Source of the DNA: a virus
Direction: 5' to 3' (one strand)
UHGV virus genome: UHGV-0350163
DNA: 35,997 nucleotides
The translations under genes and the position numbers were made by a program. The notes under the pieces were generated by a model. It was not told where the DNA came from, did not search any database, and saw nothing but the letters and a program-made list of their open reading frames with translations. Positions 1 to 10,762 of this stretch are shown one piece after another; positions within the stretch are counted from its first letter, which is position 1, and each line of letters begins with the position of its first letter.

Positions 1-140
1 AGCTGCTCCTTAGCCACCAGCGGTTCATCTGTGTCGTCGTTGATCAGCGTCGCGCGCTGTTTGCATTCCGGGCAGACGCTCGCTTGCGCCCGTAACATTT
101 CGCGGTTTTTGTAACTTCGCGTTTTTTTCTGGGCTAATTA

Positions 141-192
141 GCGCCCAATTCTGGGCGGGGAGATCTCAGCCAAAAAGCCCAGAATTGGGCGC
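141..192. repeat. Inverted pair of the end motif (ATTCTGGGCG at 148-157, GCCCAGAAT at 177-185) inside a 19-bp perfect inverted repeat (138-156 / 177-195); candidate right-end transposase binding sites
   Basis: Read directly from sequence: reverse complement of 177-195 matches 138-156. Same decamer core as the three copies at 35707-35841. Confidence 0.5.
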
Positions 193-274
193 TAACTTAT
201 TAGTTATGTTTCCGGTGTTTCACTCTCAGCAACAAACAACAGGAGAACGCATAATCGCAGCATAAAATGCATGA

Positions 275-301
275 TGTAAGGAGCTTATATCGCTCCTTAC
301 A
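275..301 (-). terminator. Stem-loop (10-bp stem TGTAAGGAGC / GCTCCTTACA, 7-nt loop) just downstream of the tail fiber stop; candidate terminator of the late operon
   Basis: Perfect inverted repeat 275-284 / 292-301 read from sequence; on the minus strand it is followed by TCATGCATTTTATG, so the U-run is not immediately adjacent. Confidence 0.35.
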
Positions 302-311
302 TTAATATTAT

Positions 312-2690
312 TCACTGGCCAGACAGCGATGCCAGCATGAAATAATGCAGCTCATCATTCCTTACAGACATTATTTCACCAGCCTCCCTGACCAGCTTGC
401 GCTCTCCGGTATCGTATTCTTCCATTGTAAGGAGTCCGTCAGAACCAAGCTCCATACGAGTCCCGTAAACCACTTCATATTCCGCCGGATATTCATCACG
501 ACACAAAATACCGTAATCAAAAGCGTCCAGCCCTTCCTCAGAGAAGACCTTCTGTACGTCCTGAGCAATCACTCCTACATGCCATCTGGCTGCGTTCCCT
601 TTGCTGGACACTGCATCCCTGAAACGGAACCGACAGATATACCCGAGCAGCTTTCTGGCAACCCTTTTTTCTGCATCCGACAGAATTGTTTCGTCCTGTT
701 TATGAGTCCGGTCTGATGTACTGATACTTCCCGTAGCTGAATAAACCTGTGCGGGTCGCCATGAGGCATAACCGATCGAATACGTATTATCTGTATAAGG
801 GCGGAGATTTCCTGATGAATCTATGCGCCATCTCTTTTCTCCTCCTGTGGCATTTGCATCCTGATTCGTTGCAAAATCAATCACTGTCGCTGACCTGAAC
901 ACAGATGAACCACCGCCAATTACCAGCGTGTTATTCCCCTCTGATGCCTGTTGGTCAACTACCAGTATTTTATCCTGATTTTTACCCGAACCACTTTTCG
1001 AGGCAGCGATAATACGATTAAACTGATCCTCACCATCGCTCTTTTGTGCGATGGTGATAACATTGGACCAGATTGCCTCTCTTTGTCGCTGAAAACCATA
1101 TTCTCCGCTGTCTGTAGTGACAGCTTTATATTTTATTCCACCTTCAGCTGACTCCTGCGTTATATAGAATGTCTGGTTATTAGCATTCTTGATGAACACA
1201 TAATTGTCAGCAGGAATGTCATTTCCACTCAGATCTTTAATCGGTGTCGTGGTTGTATGCAGACAAAACCATTTCTGACTCACAGAACGCATATATGCCA
1301 GAATTTCAGACAGGGATGTGAATACCGTCCCCAACACCGGGTTTACCAACCCCTGGGCACTACGGGGAAATGTTCCAATACTGGCATGAGACACATCAAA
1401 CCCCGTGTACAACCAGGCTGCCTGACGAAAATCAATAGCATCTCTGCCAGTACTGAACTCTTTCATCAGAACAATTCCTTTCTGATAAGCCTGTGGTAAC
1501 CCACGCTCCAGAAAGATATAAAGCGAATATATACTGCCGCCGTCGTCAGAAATACAAATTCCTTCGTTCTCAATGCGCGAAGGTGTAAAACCCTGCCTGG
1601 TAAGCACATCTATCATTTTTTGGGGATGAAGAATGGATTCCTGCTGCTTTACTCCATCCGGAGAAAAGACCTTAACCCCCTGAAACTGGTTAAATCCGGC
1701 TGATGCCCCGGTATTAAAATAGCCACCATAAGAACAGGCAATATAATCGTCTCCCACAGCAATTCCCTGACGTTTTGTGAAGCGTCTTGCATAGCTGTCT
1801 GTGCTTTCCGTGATATATCCGGAATCATGCAACGGTAATGTGAATGTCCCTGTCCGACGAAACTGAAAATCATACACCGCAAATACTGTGCGGGTGATCA
1901 GGCCTCCCACTTCCGGCGCTGACTGTTCAACCACCCAGCGGTTTTTACGATAGCTGAACTGGTTGTAAACACCGACATCATGTTCATCAATTAACGGCAA
2001 TACTGAACCAGAAATTGCCCCATCAAGCGAAAACTGTTTCAGTAATCCATTTTCTCCTGACATGAACAAACGTAATCCACCGTAATCCGTTGTCACCACA
2101 AGGCCTTCGCTGACAACGCCACGACCTCCATTATCGACATAATAATATCCCTCATATTCGCCGGATGTTGTGTACTGAACTATAACGTTCCGTGTCTGCT
2201 TTGGCTCAACGGTATAACTCAGATAGATTTTTTCTCCTGTCACCACAAATCCCTGTGGATACATATATTCCGCACCAGACTGAGCAGCCAGCACCGTATC
2301 GTAGTCCGGGAATAATAACGGCAATTCCATTAAGACACTACGGGAATGGTTAGTGTACAGATTGTTCAATGAACCAGCTTTTACATCCTGTAACCCCAGA
2401 TTTTCAAGAGCGCGTTCTACCGTGCCATCCGATTTGATATCGCCAAACGGATTATTGCGGCTTAACAGCAGCGCACGAAGCGCGGTAAGTAGCTGATCCG
2501 TTTTTTGGAGGGCAGGTTGAATATGTACACTACCAAGAACATTAAGGAGTTCCTGCTGTAAATCACGGATTGCCCCCTGCTGATTGTTTAAATAATCAGC
2601 AGTTACGATGGTTCCTTCTATCCCCTGAGTGGGGTCACCATCATGAAACAATTGATCCGGTGTATTTATCGGGGGCATCAGATTTTGCAT
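312..2690 (-). CDS. Tail fiber / tailspike (792 aa) with C-terminal intramolecular chaperone (peptidase S74-like) domain
   Basis: Last gene of the tail module after the baseplate genes. C-terminal ~130 aa contains SDRTHK...[10 protein letters not shown]...[16 protein letters not shown], which resembles the autoproteolytic chaperone domain of endosialidase-type tailspikes (from memory). Coding sequence is visibly more AT-rich than neighbouring structural genes. Confidence 0.8.
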   Translation of the reverse strand: MQNLMPPINTPDQLFHDGDPTQGIEGTIVTADYLNNQQGAIRDLQQELLNVLGSVHIQPALQKTDQLLTALRALLLSRNNPFGDIKSDGTVERALENLGLQDVKAGSLNNLYTNHSRSVLMELPLLFPDYDTVLAAQSGAEYMYPQGFVVTGEKIYLSYTVEPKQTRNVIVQYTTSGEYEGYYYVDNGGRGVVSEGLVVTTDYGGLRLFMSGENGLLKQFSLDGAISGSVLPLIDEHDVGVYNQFSYRKNRWVVEQSAPEVGGLITRTVFAVYDFQFRRTGTFTLPLHDSGYITESTDSYARRFTKRQGIAVGDDYIACSYGGYFNTGASAGFNQFQGVKVFSPDGVKQQESILHPQKMIDVLTRQGFTPSRIENEGICISDDGGSIYSLYIFLERGLPQAYQKGIVLMKEFSTGRDAIDFRQAAWLYTGFDVSHASIGTFPRSAQGLVNPVLGTVFTSLSEILAYMRSVSQKWFCLHTTTTPIKDLSGNDIPADNYVFIKNANNQTFYITQESAEGGIKYKAVTTDSGEYGFQRQREAIWSNVITIAQKSDGEDQFNRIIAASKSGSGKNQDKILVVDQQASEGNNTLVIGGGSSVFRSATVIDFATNQDANATGGEKRWRIDSSGNLRPYTDNTYSIGYASWRPAQVYSATGSISTSDRTHKQDETILSDAEKRVARKLLGYICRFRFRDAVSSKGNAARWHVGVIAQDVQKVFSEEGLDAFDYGILCRDEYPAEYEVVYGTRMELGSDGLLTMEEYDTGERKLVREAGEIMSVRNDELHYFMLASLSGQ

Positions 2691-3262
2691 TACTGCTCCT
2701 CCTTATATGTGAAATGGCAATAAGTAAAAGCGGGTTTAAGCTCTTTAAATGTTTCTTCCAGTACAGGGGCACCAAAGGAAAGTAACGGTTCCCCGGCAGC
2801 AGATACTCCGGTTCTGAATCTGTAAGCTGGCGTTTTGCTTCCTGTGACATTAACCTGCCAAATCCATCGGGCATCTGTTATATAGAGACGATCACCACAT
2901 CGGTTTACCCCCGTTCTAAATGGATGGAGTTCAGTAATTGTTATGGTGTACCCGAGGCTGGCTGCAAGTTGTTTAAAATAAGGGATAGATAACCCACCAG
3001 TTGCAGCCATCTTTATAAGAATATTTTCTCGGCGTTCCTGCTGCGTGGCACCATCGCGGGGTATTAATTCATACACTCGTTCCCAGTCAGACAGTGTCAT
3101 GGATGCGTAAAATGGTGTGACAGATGCAAGCACTCGTGCAGCTGACGCTTTTACTTCATCCATAATGGCTGCTTCTGCGTTCAGTTCTGTTGAAATATAT
3201 TTCCCGTTCGGGTCATAGCTGACCGGTGGTAACATGGCACGAAATAAATCAACCGTATTCAT
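2690..3262 (-). CDS. Tail/baseplate protein, Mu gp48-like (DUF2313-like)
   Basis: 190 aa ORF between baseplate J-like gene and tail fiber; position and size match Mu gp48. Confidence 0.6.
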   Translation of the reverse strand: MNTVDLFRAMLPPVSYDPNGKYISTELNAEAAIMDEVKASAARVLASVTPFYASMTLSDWERVYELIPRDGATQQERRENILIKMAATGGLSIPYFKQLAASLGYTITITELHPFRTGVNRCGDRLYITDARWIWQVNVTGSKTPAYRFRTGVSAAGEPLLSFGAPVLEETFKELKPAFTYCHFTYKEEQ

Positions 3263-3265
3263 GTA

Positions 3266-4345
3266 TTAACTCTCCCGGGGAAATGGCTGGATATCAATAC
3301 TCCCCGGACGCAGCCACTCCCATGTGGATTCATTGACAACTGCTTTTACATTATCTGACGGCATAATAATCCGCCGGTCACTGACGCCAGAAATTAATGA
3401 AATCTGAGTTTCCAGTTGTGAAATAATTAATTCCTGCCCCGGCTCCAGTCGGTTCATAAAATCCGTGATAACTTCAGTTATCTGTGGTTTTATCTGCTCA
3501 ACGGTCAGGCCGCTGGTTTTTACCCGGACAACGAAATCAACGGCTTTTTTCGTCGGGGCCAGTACCATCGTGTCCTTTGCTGTGACCGGGCAGACTTCCT
3601 CAATATGTGCCAGCACGGCATTAATCAGTTCCTGCGAGGGAAGGTCATTGGCTGACGTAATGGCCACATCAACCGTCCCCAGTCCACGACGTAATGGCTC
3701 CACATATGCCGAGGTAACGCCATCCACTTCCAGCGCCCAGCGTTTGTAATCATATTTATTACCGCCAGCGGGCGGCCTGCGCAGAATGTCCAGATAACGC
3801 GCCAGCAGGTCGGCGTTGCTTTCCCTGTCTGTTCCACCGGTCAGGGATTTAATCGTCACCGTGCTGTTGATGCCTTCCGGCGGACTGACCAGCGTTGCCG
3901 TCTGCGTCGTGGATGCATTCGTCAGTGCCCCCGTGGCAGTGCTTTTTACCGTCACCTCTGCGCTGCCTTCGTGGCCGATGGTGCAGTCTGCTGTGGTGGA
4001 CACGCTGACACCTTCACCACGAATTTCCGCACCGGCTGGCAGTGTCTTACCGGGAGTGCCGGTAATCACCACCGGACCGGATGAGGCGGTCGCTTTTTTA
4101 CGAAAAACATTGCGCGTGCGGCAGTGCAGCTCCAGATATTCAGGGTCTGCCGTGTCAGGAAACACCTGACGGAGTATCCACCCCTGATGCATATAAAGCC
4201 CGTCAGCCACACCGGATACGGCATTTGCACGAATGCGGTAATCGCTGTCAGCGCTGGTGTCGATGGTTTCTCCCGGCAGGGCGTTAGCGATATCACGTAG
4301 CTGGCGTTCTGTGTTTTCAGCAACGCCCGGAACAGGAAACGGCAT
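3266..4345 (-). CDS. Baseplate J-like protein (Mu gp47-like)
   Basis: 359 aa ORF in conserved baseplate position; start overlaps upstream stop. Confidence 0.7.
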   Translation of the reverse strand: MPFPVPGVAENTERQLRDIANALPGETIDTSADSDYRIRANAVSGVADGLYMHQGWILRQVFPDTADPEYLELHCRTRNVFRKKATASSGPVVITGTPGKTLPAGAEIRGEGVSVSTTADCTIGHEGSAEVTVKSTATGALTNASTTQTATLVSPPEGINSTVTIKSLTGGTDRESNADLLARYLDILRRPPAGGNKYDYKRWALEVDGVTSAYVEPLRRGLGTVDVAITSANDLPSQELINAVLAHIEEVCPVTAKDTMVLAPTKKAVDFVVRVKTSGLTVEQIKPQITEVITDFMNRLEPGQELIISQLETQISLISGVSDRRIIMPSDNVKAVVNESTWEWLRPGSIDIQPFPRES

Positions 4346-4695
4346 TACATAATCCTCACAGGGTGTTCAAATGTCTGCGGTGTGCCCGCGTTATCCGTGA
4401 CGGTGATTAACAGCAACAGCCAGCCGCGCTGCCCCGGTTTCGTGTCAACAGTAATGGATTTTGCCCGCCCGTCATTGAGCAGGGGCTGAAGTGCCTGGCT
4501 GGCATACTGCGCCGCCAGCCGGTGAACACGGGAAACGTCTTTTTCCCGCTTCAGCTCGTGCAGGCGTGACCCCAGCAACGCATCCGCCCAGTAACTGCCA
4601 AGCGGTGTCGCCAGTCGCAGATAAACCGCGTTATGGAGTGTATAAATCCGGCGGCGTTCGTAGTCGCCGGTTGCAGGTGAAATCGTCTGGTCCAT
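4345..4695 (-). CDS. Small baseplate protein (Mu gp46-like)
   Basis: 116 aa ORF between gp45-like and gp47-like genes. Confidence 0.6.
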   Translation of the reverse strand: MDQTISPATGDYERRRIYTLHNAVYLRLATPLGSYWADALLGSRLHELKREKDVSRVHRLAAQYASQALQPLLNDGRAKSITVDTKPGQRGWLLLLITVTDNAGTPQTFEHPVRIM

Positions 4696-4748
4696 GCCGC
4701 CAGTCTGGCAGCATGGACAGGTCAGAATCAGGTGAGGGTGTTCAGCAC

Positions 4749-5402
4749 TTAATTAACCGGCGTGTCAGACATGCCGTGTGGGGTTGGGTGTTTGTGTGTT
4801 CCGATTTTAACGCCATTAATGGTGACATCAACGGAGGTAAGCACACCACCCACATGGTTGATGTTGCCTTCAAAAGTGGCGGCGTATTCCTTGCCGCCAC
4901 GGATGGCCATGCCACCGTTGCCGGTGATTTTACCTTCCACCGTCAGCTTATCGCTGGCCGTCAGTAACGGTGTCGTGAATGCGGCGTTCTCCTCTGCCTC
5001 AACCTCATAGCGTTTGCATTTCACCCGGTAAACGTCACATTCTGTTTCAATAATCCGCCCGCGCTTCAATACGATTTTCGCGCCTTCGTCGGTATACAGG
5101 GCCACCTCGCCGGGTTTCAGTTCCGTCAGGCGATATGCGCCGTGCTCTGTGGCCACGATGACGGTATGGGAGGTATTGCCATTCAGCGGAACGGCAATAC
5201 CCATTGAGCCGGGCGGCGGGGATGTGGTGAGGCCGTAATGCTGAAAATACTCCGCACCATCCAGCTGTTCGCCTGCCAGCCCGTTCAGCTGAAGTAGCTG
5301 TACTTTGGTCGAACTGTCCACCGTACCGATCACCACCCTGAATGCCTGGCGAACGGCGGCCAGTGCCTGCTGTACGCGCTGATTAACCTTGTCCCACATC
5401 AT
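4749..5402 (-). CDS. Baseplate assembly / spike protein V-like (Mu gp45-like)
   Basis: 217 aa ORF translationally coupled to upstream gene; position matches Mu gp45. Confidence 0.7.
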   Translation of the reverse strand: MMWDKVNQRVQQALAAVRQAFRVVIGTVDSSTKVQLLQLNGLAGEQLDGAEYFQHYGLTTSPPPGSMGIAVPLNGNTSHTVIVATEHGAYRLTELKPGEVALYTDEGAKIVLKRGRIIETECDVYRVKCKRYEVEAEENAAFTTPLLTASDKLTVEGKITGNGGMAIRGGKEYAATFEGNINHVGGVLTSVDVTINGVKIGTHKHPTPHGMSDTPVN

Positions 5403-6610
5403 TTCTCCCAGACCTTAACAATGGCGACCTCTTTTTTCTTTTTGCCCCTGCGGTGATGGCGTTTCTTCTCGCGCGGGAAGGCGTCAGGTATCCACACGCC
5501 GTCCTCCTTAAAGCGAAGCCGGGTTGTCTGCCCGTTCCGGCCTCCGCTGAACTCACGCCCCATCAGGAAAAAGATGGCATCAATGCCGTGGAGTTCGCTG
5601 ACAATCCGCACCCGCTGGCCGGGCTGCCACAGAACACCATCTGCCGTGCGATGACCTGCAACCAGTGCGACGATATCCAGCCCCGACAGGCGGGCATCAC
5701 TCATCATTTTTTTTGCGCGCCAGCTCACCTGCTCCAGATTGCTGGTGTCGCCCTGGGTGATAATCTGCGGGCGGTAATAATCCACGGTGGGGTCGGTGGC
5801 CACGGCTTTCATGTTATGAATGCCTGTCTGACCACTGTCCGTATTACCGCTGTCCTGCCCGGATAATGTGCGCACGCTGCCGTCCTCGTTCCAGATATCC
5901 AGCGGCACCACGGCCACCTGTTTCTTGCTGTCTGCGCGGCGGGCGTGGCTCTGGGCCAGCACCGTCAGTTCGGAGAAACAGCCGTTAATGGATCGGGTAT
6001 CGTCCAGCTCCATCACGTTGTTCCCGGTGCCGTTCAGCTTCAGAATCAGCGTATCCACCGGCGTGGTGGTGTAGTCAGGGCCACCCACAACCAGCGTCCC
6101 GTCAGGCTCAAACCACGGCCATAAGCCGCGACCGGCGGCAGCTTTGGCCAGTGCATCCCACGCACGCATCCCCGGCTCAATAACAACTTTGTCATTACGT
6201 GACACACCGGACGCCTGTATACGGATGCGCTGTATCCCCAGTGGTCTGACTATCCTGTCGATGACCTCGTCCAGCGTCAGCTGGTTGGCGCTGAACACCG
6301 GCGCGGCACAGTCCACCAGGATGGCGGCATCATCACGCCCGGACAGGGCCAGCGTGCAGCTCTGACGGGACACACTACGGCGCACGCTGTCTATGCGCCC
6401 ACTGAGCACCGTTTCATCTCCCACCTGCAACCGGATTTGTGCGCCCCGGACGATATCCGCCGGGAACACCTTTTCAGGCAGCCCCAGCTGAAGCTGCCAG
6501 CCGTCGGCAGCTTTCAGGAAATCGCTGTCAATACGATAACTGCTCCAGTCAGAATGCGACCTTCCGGCAATGACCAGGCTAATTTTGTCTTCGTTATTTG
6601 GCGTAGGCAT
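5399..6610 (-). CDS. Tail protein P (Mu gp44-like, late control D family)
   Basis: 403 aa ORF following N-like gene, overlapping by 17 nt. Confidence 0.7.
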   Translation of the reverse strand: MPTPNNEDKISLVIAGRSHSDWSSYRIDSDFLKAADGWQLQLGLPEKVFPADIVRGAQIRLQVGDETVLSGRIDSVRRSVSRQSCTLALSGRDDAAILVDCAAPVFSANQLTLDEVIDRIVRPLGIQRIRIQASGVSRNDKVVIEPGMRAWDALAKAAAGRGLWPWFEPDGTLVVGGPDYTTTPVDTLILKLNGTGNNVMELDDTRSINGCFSELTVLAQSHARRADSKKQVAVVPLDIWNEDGSVRTLSGQDSGNTDSGQTGIHNMKAVATDPTVDYYRPQIITQGDTSNLEQVSWRAKKMMSDARLSGLDIVALVAGHRTADGVLWQPGQRVRIVSELHGIDAIFFLMGREFSGGRNGQTTRLRFKEDGVWIPDAFPREKKRHHRRGKKKKEVAIVKVWEK

Positions 6611-7943
6611 TAATTACCACCCCGGCGGTTATGTTGTTCGGGTCACGTAACTGCGGGTTCAGGCGTTGCAGTTCTGCCGCACGACTGTAATCGCCGTACC
6701 ACTGCCACGCCAGCAACAGCAGACAGCTGTCCGCCTGCACCTGTTTCTGCGTCAGCGGTGGGCGGCGTGACAGAACCAGCAGGCCGACATCCTGCACGGA
6801 TGCCGCCACGTTTTTCATGCTCTGAATGATTTCCGGGTACATCAGCCCCAGCGGTGATGCGGTTTCGGTTATCCGTTCGCGTTCGCCTTCATAGCGTTCA
6901 CGGAACAGCGTGATGGCAGCCTGTAAGCGGGTGCGCACATCCCCGACCAGTCGCCCGATATCCGCCGGTATAAGCTGTTCTGACTGCGCATCATCAACCA
7001 GTATCGCCATTGCAACACTGGCCAGTTCAGATGCGGCCTGTGTTGCGTAAACTGCTTTCACATCCTGCACATCGTCTGGCGAGGCATCCGCAGGAAGTAC
7101 CACCTCCGGTACTTTATCGCCACTGACCAGGGCAACAGGCAGCGCAACAAATTCATCCATATCAGTGATGACCTTATTCCAGCAGTTCATCACTGTCGCA
7201 GAACTGGCGACGGTCGTCTCTCCTGCCAACCCGGTCCGGGTGGCAGAATCAACACGTTGCAGAACCGGCACCGGTTGCCCGACATCTGATGTGTGGATTT
7301 CCAGCACCTCTGCCAGTTCATTGATAAATTTTCCGGGTTCGCCTGCCAGTGACACGATATTATCGACAGTGGAGACAAAATCACTTTTGAACGACAGCAG
7401 GGTATTCACCAGTGTGGCACGCACTGTCTGGGCTTTTTTAATCATGCTGTTAACGGTATTTAAAGGTGCAGTAACGGCATCAAAAAAATCACTTAACCGC
7501 GCCTGTAAAGTGTCCAGTTCATCAAACAACTGTTGCGCGAACAGCTCCGGTAACGGGGTGCTGAACAACGCGCTACCGGTGCGGTTTTCCAGAAAACTCA
7601 TGTCAATGGTGCAGCTGTCCGGGCTTTCTGCGTCATGGCGGATGCTGTAGCCGGTCACAATCACCGACGGCACAGAGCCATAAACCGGATGAATCAGTTC
7701 ACCATCGCCGCCTTCATCCAGGGCGGCGGTCAGTTTCCCGAGTTTATATTCATAGTCATCGCCCCACAGGAACGCCGTCATGCGGAACGGTCGCGCCTTG
7801 CGTCCGAGGTCGTGCAAATCCGCCCCGTCAACAAACGGGTATTCATAGACCGCATGGTCGCGGCTGATTTGTTCGTCAGTATTCAGCACCTCAAACTGCA
7901 CGCCACGAAAGGAAGCGTTTTGCAGGTTTTCAGCCCAGCCCAT
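6594..7943 (-). CDS. DNA circularisation protein N-like (Mu gp43-like)
   Basis: 449 aa; N-terminus MGWAENLQNASFRGVQFEV resembles the Mu N family N-terminal signature (from memory); directly downstream of the tape measure gene. Confidence 0.75.
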   Translation of the reverse strand: MGWAENLQNASFRGVQFEVLNTDEQISRDHAVYEYPFVDGADLHDLGRKARPFRMTAFLWGDDYEYKLGKLTAALDEGGDGELIHPVYGSVPSVIVTGYSIRHDAESPDSCTIDMSFLENRTGSALFSTPLPELFAQQLFDELDTLQARLSDFFDAVTAPLNTVNSMIKKAQTVRATLVNTLLSFKSDFVSTVDNIVSLAGEPGKFINELAEVLEIHTSDVGQPVPVLQRVDSATRTGLAGETTVASSATVMNCWNKVITDMDEFVALPVALVSGDKVPEVVLPADASPDDVQDVKAVYATQAASELASVAMAILVDDAQSEQLIPADIGRLVGDVRTRLQAAITLFRERYEGERERITETASPLGLMYPEIIQSMKNVAASVQDVGLLVLSRRPPLTQKQVQADSCLLLLAWQWYGDYSRAAELQRLNPQLRDPNNITAGVVINAYAK

Positions 7944-10216
7944 CAGTAAGTTCCTCCCGTACCTCTGTTACCGTCCTGAAGGTTGTATTTGTTCACTGCC
8001 TCCGCCACGACCTGACCATCGAGCACCAGTTGTGTGGTGAAATTAATGGGGCTGGCAGGTGGCCCCCAGTGCGTGAGGTATTCCGGCTGGGTGATGCGTC
8101 CGGGTTGTGTTGATGCCGGTTCAGGCTTTGTGTTTCCTGCGGCTTTGTTAACCTGCGCCGGTGATGGCAGGGCATCAGCTGCGGCTTTTTTCCTGTCTTC
8201 CTCCCAGCGCCTCAACCATTCTTCGTTTTCGGTGGAATAGCCTTCCCCAAACTGCCACCATGGCTGGTATTTTTTGCGGGCGGCGTCGATTTCTTCCTGG
8301 GTGTATCGGGCGCGGATGCGTTTCCAGCGTTCTTCGCTTCCTTCGACGGCGGCGTCTTCTTCCGGGCTGGTTGCGGTGGCCAGTGCCGTAACAGTGCCAC
8401 CTAAAGAAAGCAGGCCACCGGCAATACCGGGGAATTTAAATCCTTTGCCTTTTTTGACCGTGTTTTCAATTACATCACCAACAACCTCGCCAGCCTTGCC
8501 ACCGGGTTTACCCCCGGTCAGGATTTTGATCCCGGCCCATGTCAGAGCCGCTGCGGTCATCGCTTCAATTGCGGTCGTAGCACCCACCACTGCCGTGGTC
8601 AGCCCCGGAAACTTTTCACCCGCCCAGCTTATGGCATCGGCCACAGTACCGGACGCATCAGCCAGCTTTTTCACGCTGTCCATTTGTGAAAATTCAAGCG
8701 TGTTTTTAGCCTGTTCGGTTTTAAAATCATTGAGGCCGGATATGAATCTGAAATCAACATCCCCCGCGCGCTGGCCTTCCGGCAGGGTACGTTGCTGATT
8801 AATCGCGTCTTCAACCTTCTTACGGTATTCCGGGTTGTTACGGTAGGCTAACAACGCCATCAACGCCTGACGGTCTGCAACCAGTTTCCCGACACCAAAG
8901 CCTTCAAGGAGTTTTGCCATCGAATCGTAAACAGCCGTCTGTTCACCTTTATCCCGGGCAGATGACAGTTTCTTTTGCAACTCCTGATAGCGTTTATCGT
9001 TGGCAACGATTTTATCTATCAGGCTGGAAAGCGCGTCTATCGGATCCAGTCCATGCTTGCGCGCTTCAGTCAGCGTACCTGAAAAATCAATCCCTTTACC
9101 GTTGTAATCAATGCTCTTTGCCGCAGTTTCAATATCATGGCTGGTCAGTTTAGCCAGCAGGTTAACCACGTTATTCCCTGCTTCATCACTGCTACCAGCC
9201 GTGATCGCGGCGGCTTCATTCAGCGCAAGAATCTTGACGAAATCATCCTTGCCTTTCATTCCCGCAGCTGACGCAGAACCCATTTGTTGGGATAACCAGC
9301 GGGCCATATCGTTCAGTTCAAAGCTGCCTTCTTTTCCTGCCGCAATCGCCATATTCAGGACAGTGGAAATATCTTCATCCTGGAATCCAAAGGTCTTTTT
9401 GCCCTTAAGCATCACATTAGCCAGGTCTGTCGCTGATGCACCAGAAGCCGTGGCGTATTTCATCAGTTCAGGTAACCACTTGCTGGCTGTGTCAAATGAA
9501 ATACCGCCATCTTTCAGCAGGGCATCCAGTGTTTCGGCTGCATCCTCTTTTGTGCCGCCACCATAGGTCACCGCGTTACGGATGCTGCTTTTCATCTGCT
9601 CAAGACCGGCTTTGCGCCCCTCCAGCCCGCCATCACTGAAGGCGGTATTGGCCATCATTGCCAGCTGGCGTTCGTAGCTCATCTGCTTTTTGACCGGCTG
9701 CGCCATAATGGCAGCACCTGCCGCGATACCACCACCTATTGTCACGGCATTCCCGCCAAATGCAGCCGCACGCGCAAAACGCCCCCGTTCGGGGATAACA
9801 GGCGTTTTCGCCATCTTCATCTGAGCCTGAGTAACGCCATCCAGTTCACGCTTGAGTGCCCGGGCTTTTTCCCGGGTGGCCTGCATGGCGCGCTCCTGCT
9901 CCTGCGCAGATTCAAAACCGGCACGGGCCAGACGGTTATAGCTGGCAACCGTCTGATAAATTTCACGCCGGATTTCACGTTCTGCACGAATACCGAGCGT
10001 TTCCCGGGCACGGGCGGCACGCTGTATCTCTTTTGCCGCCTTTTTCGTGCTGTTAACGCTTTCCTGCCCGGTACGCGTCTGCTCTGCGCCTGCCTTCCGG
10101 GTTGCCTTTGTTACACCTTCGGTGGCTTTGATAACCTGTTTTTGTCCCTTTTCCAGAACCTGCGAGGCTTCGTCCTTCGCAGTCAGGGTCATGCCAACTT
10201 TGAAATTACCGGCCAT
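7943..10216 (-). CDS. Tail tape measure protein
   Basis: 757 aa, Ala/Gly/Lys-rich with long coiled-coil-like N-terminal part; between chaperone and N as in myophage tail modules. RBS AAGG upstream of ATG at 10216. Confidence 0.85.
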   Translation of the reverse strand: MAGNFKVGMTLTAKDEASQVLEKGQKQVIKATEGVTKATRKAGAEQTRTGQESVNSTKKAAKEIQRAARARETLGIRAEREIRREIYQTVASYNRLARAGFESAQEQERAMQATREKARALKRELDGVTQAQMKMAKTPVIPERGRFARAAAFGGNAVTIGGGIAAGAAIMAQPVKKQMSYERQLAMMANTAFSDGGLEGRKAGLEQMKSSIRNAVTYGGGTKEDAAETLDALLKDGGISFDTASKWLPELMKYATASGASATDLANVMLKGKKTFGFQDEDISTVLNMAIAAGKEGSFELNDMARWLSQQMGSASAAGMKGKDDFVKILALNEAAAITAGSSDEAGNNVVNLLAKLTSHDIETAAKSIDYNGKGIDFSGTLTEARKHGLDPIDALSSLIDKIVANDKRYQELQKKLSSARDKGEQTAVYDSMAKLLEGFGVGKLVADRQALMALLAYRNNPEYRKKVEDAINQQRTLPEGQRAGDVDFRFISGLNDFKTEQAKNTLEFSQMDSVKKLADASGTVADAISWAGEKFPGLTTAVVGATTAIEAMTAAALTWAGIKILTGGKPGGKAGEVVGDVIENTVKKGKGFKFPGIAGGLLSLGGTVTALATATSPEEDAAVEGSEERWKRIRARYTQEEIDAARKKYQPWWQFGEGYSTENEEWLRRWEEDRKKAAADALPSPAQVNKAAGNTKPEPASTQPGRITQPEYLTHWGPPASPINFTTQLVLDGQVVAEAVNKYNLQDGNRGTGGTY

Positions 10217-10378
10217 TTTTCTGTTTACCTTTTCTGCGTTTCTTTCTGAGAGATTTAAATGACTGGCGGGTGGTCTGTGAGGTGTCCTTTCTTCCTGAGC
10301 CGCCGCCGTTCAGCCTGTCAACGGCGGCAAGCCAGCCGTCCAGCTCGGGACGGCTCATGGTCATGATTTGTTCTTCGG

Positions 10379-10762
10379 TTATTCCGTAGCGCCCGAGGAT
10401 AAGGACTGCGAGCCGGAGTCCGGCGAGCCGGGATTCCCGCCGTTCCGCTTTACCTTCAGGACGTTGCGTGATGCCAGCAGAATATTAAAATCTTCCGGCG
10501 TCATGTTGTCGTGCAACAGCTCCGCCGTCAGTTCTTCCTGCGGAATATCCCCCAGACGGACCAGCGTTGCCGCCATCACCGCACAGCGGTAGTAATAATC
10601 CGCCGCGAAGCCGTCCACTGTCTGAAAGCGTTCTTCAGTTTCTTCCAGTGCCTGCCCGTTATCACGCATGACCGGCAGACGCAGCTCAAAGTTTTTATGA
10701 ATGGTGCCGTTAAAAACCAGGCCATCGGACAGTTCGCCGGTCTGTGTAGCGATAATCGTCAT
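10379..10762 (-). CDS. Tail assembly chaperone (Mu gp41-like)
   Basis: 127 aa acidic ORF between tube and tape measure genes. Confidence 0.6.
   Translation of the reverse strand: MTIIATQTGELSDGLVFNGTIHKNFELRLPVMRDNGQALEETEERFQTVDGFAADYYYRCAVMAATLVRLGDIPQEELTAELLHDNMTPEDFNILLASRNVLKVKRNGGNPGSPDSGSQSLSSGATE

Noticed and set aside
1-100. Minus-strand ORF starting at 98 ([14 protein letters not shown]...) with a CxxC motif, considered as a possible Com-like zinc finger
   Set aside because: No RBS, no similarity to the Mu Com sequence I recall, and it lies outside the terminal motif repeats; probably host or non-coding.
98-128. Direct repeats TTCGCGGTTTTT / TTCGCGTTTTTTT resembling the Mu right-end R1 sequence (TTTCGCGTTTTTCGT)
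   Set aside because: Orientation relative to the phage body is opposite to what Mu ends would require, and one copy would lie in putative host DNA; resemblance is short and T-rich, so not claimed as att sites.
312-2690. Searched for a Gin invertase and inverted S/U tail-fiber segment (G region), and a mom/com operon
   Set aside because: No recombinase-like ORF or inverted duplicate fiber genes; the tail fiber is the last gene before the end motifs.
10379-10484. Canonical -1 slippery heptamer (XXXYYYZ) for the chaperone frameshift
   Set aside because: None found by eye in the overlap, so a programmed frameshift is only a hypothesis.
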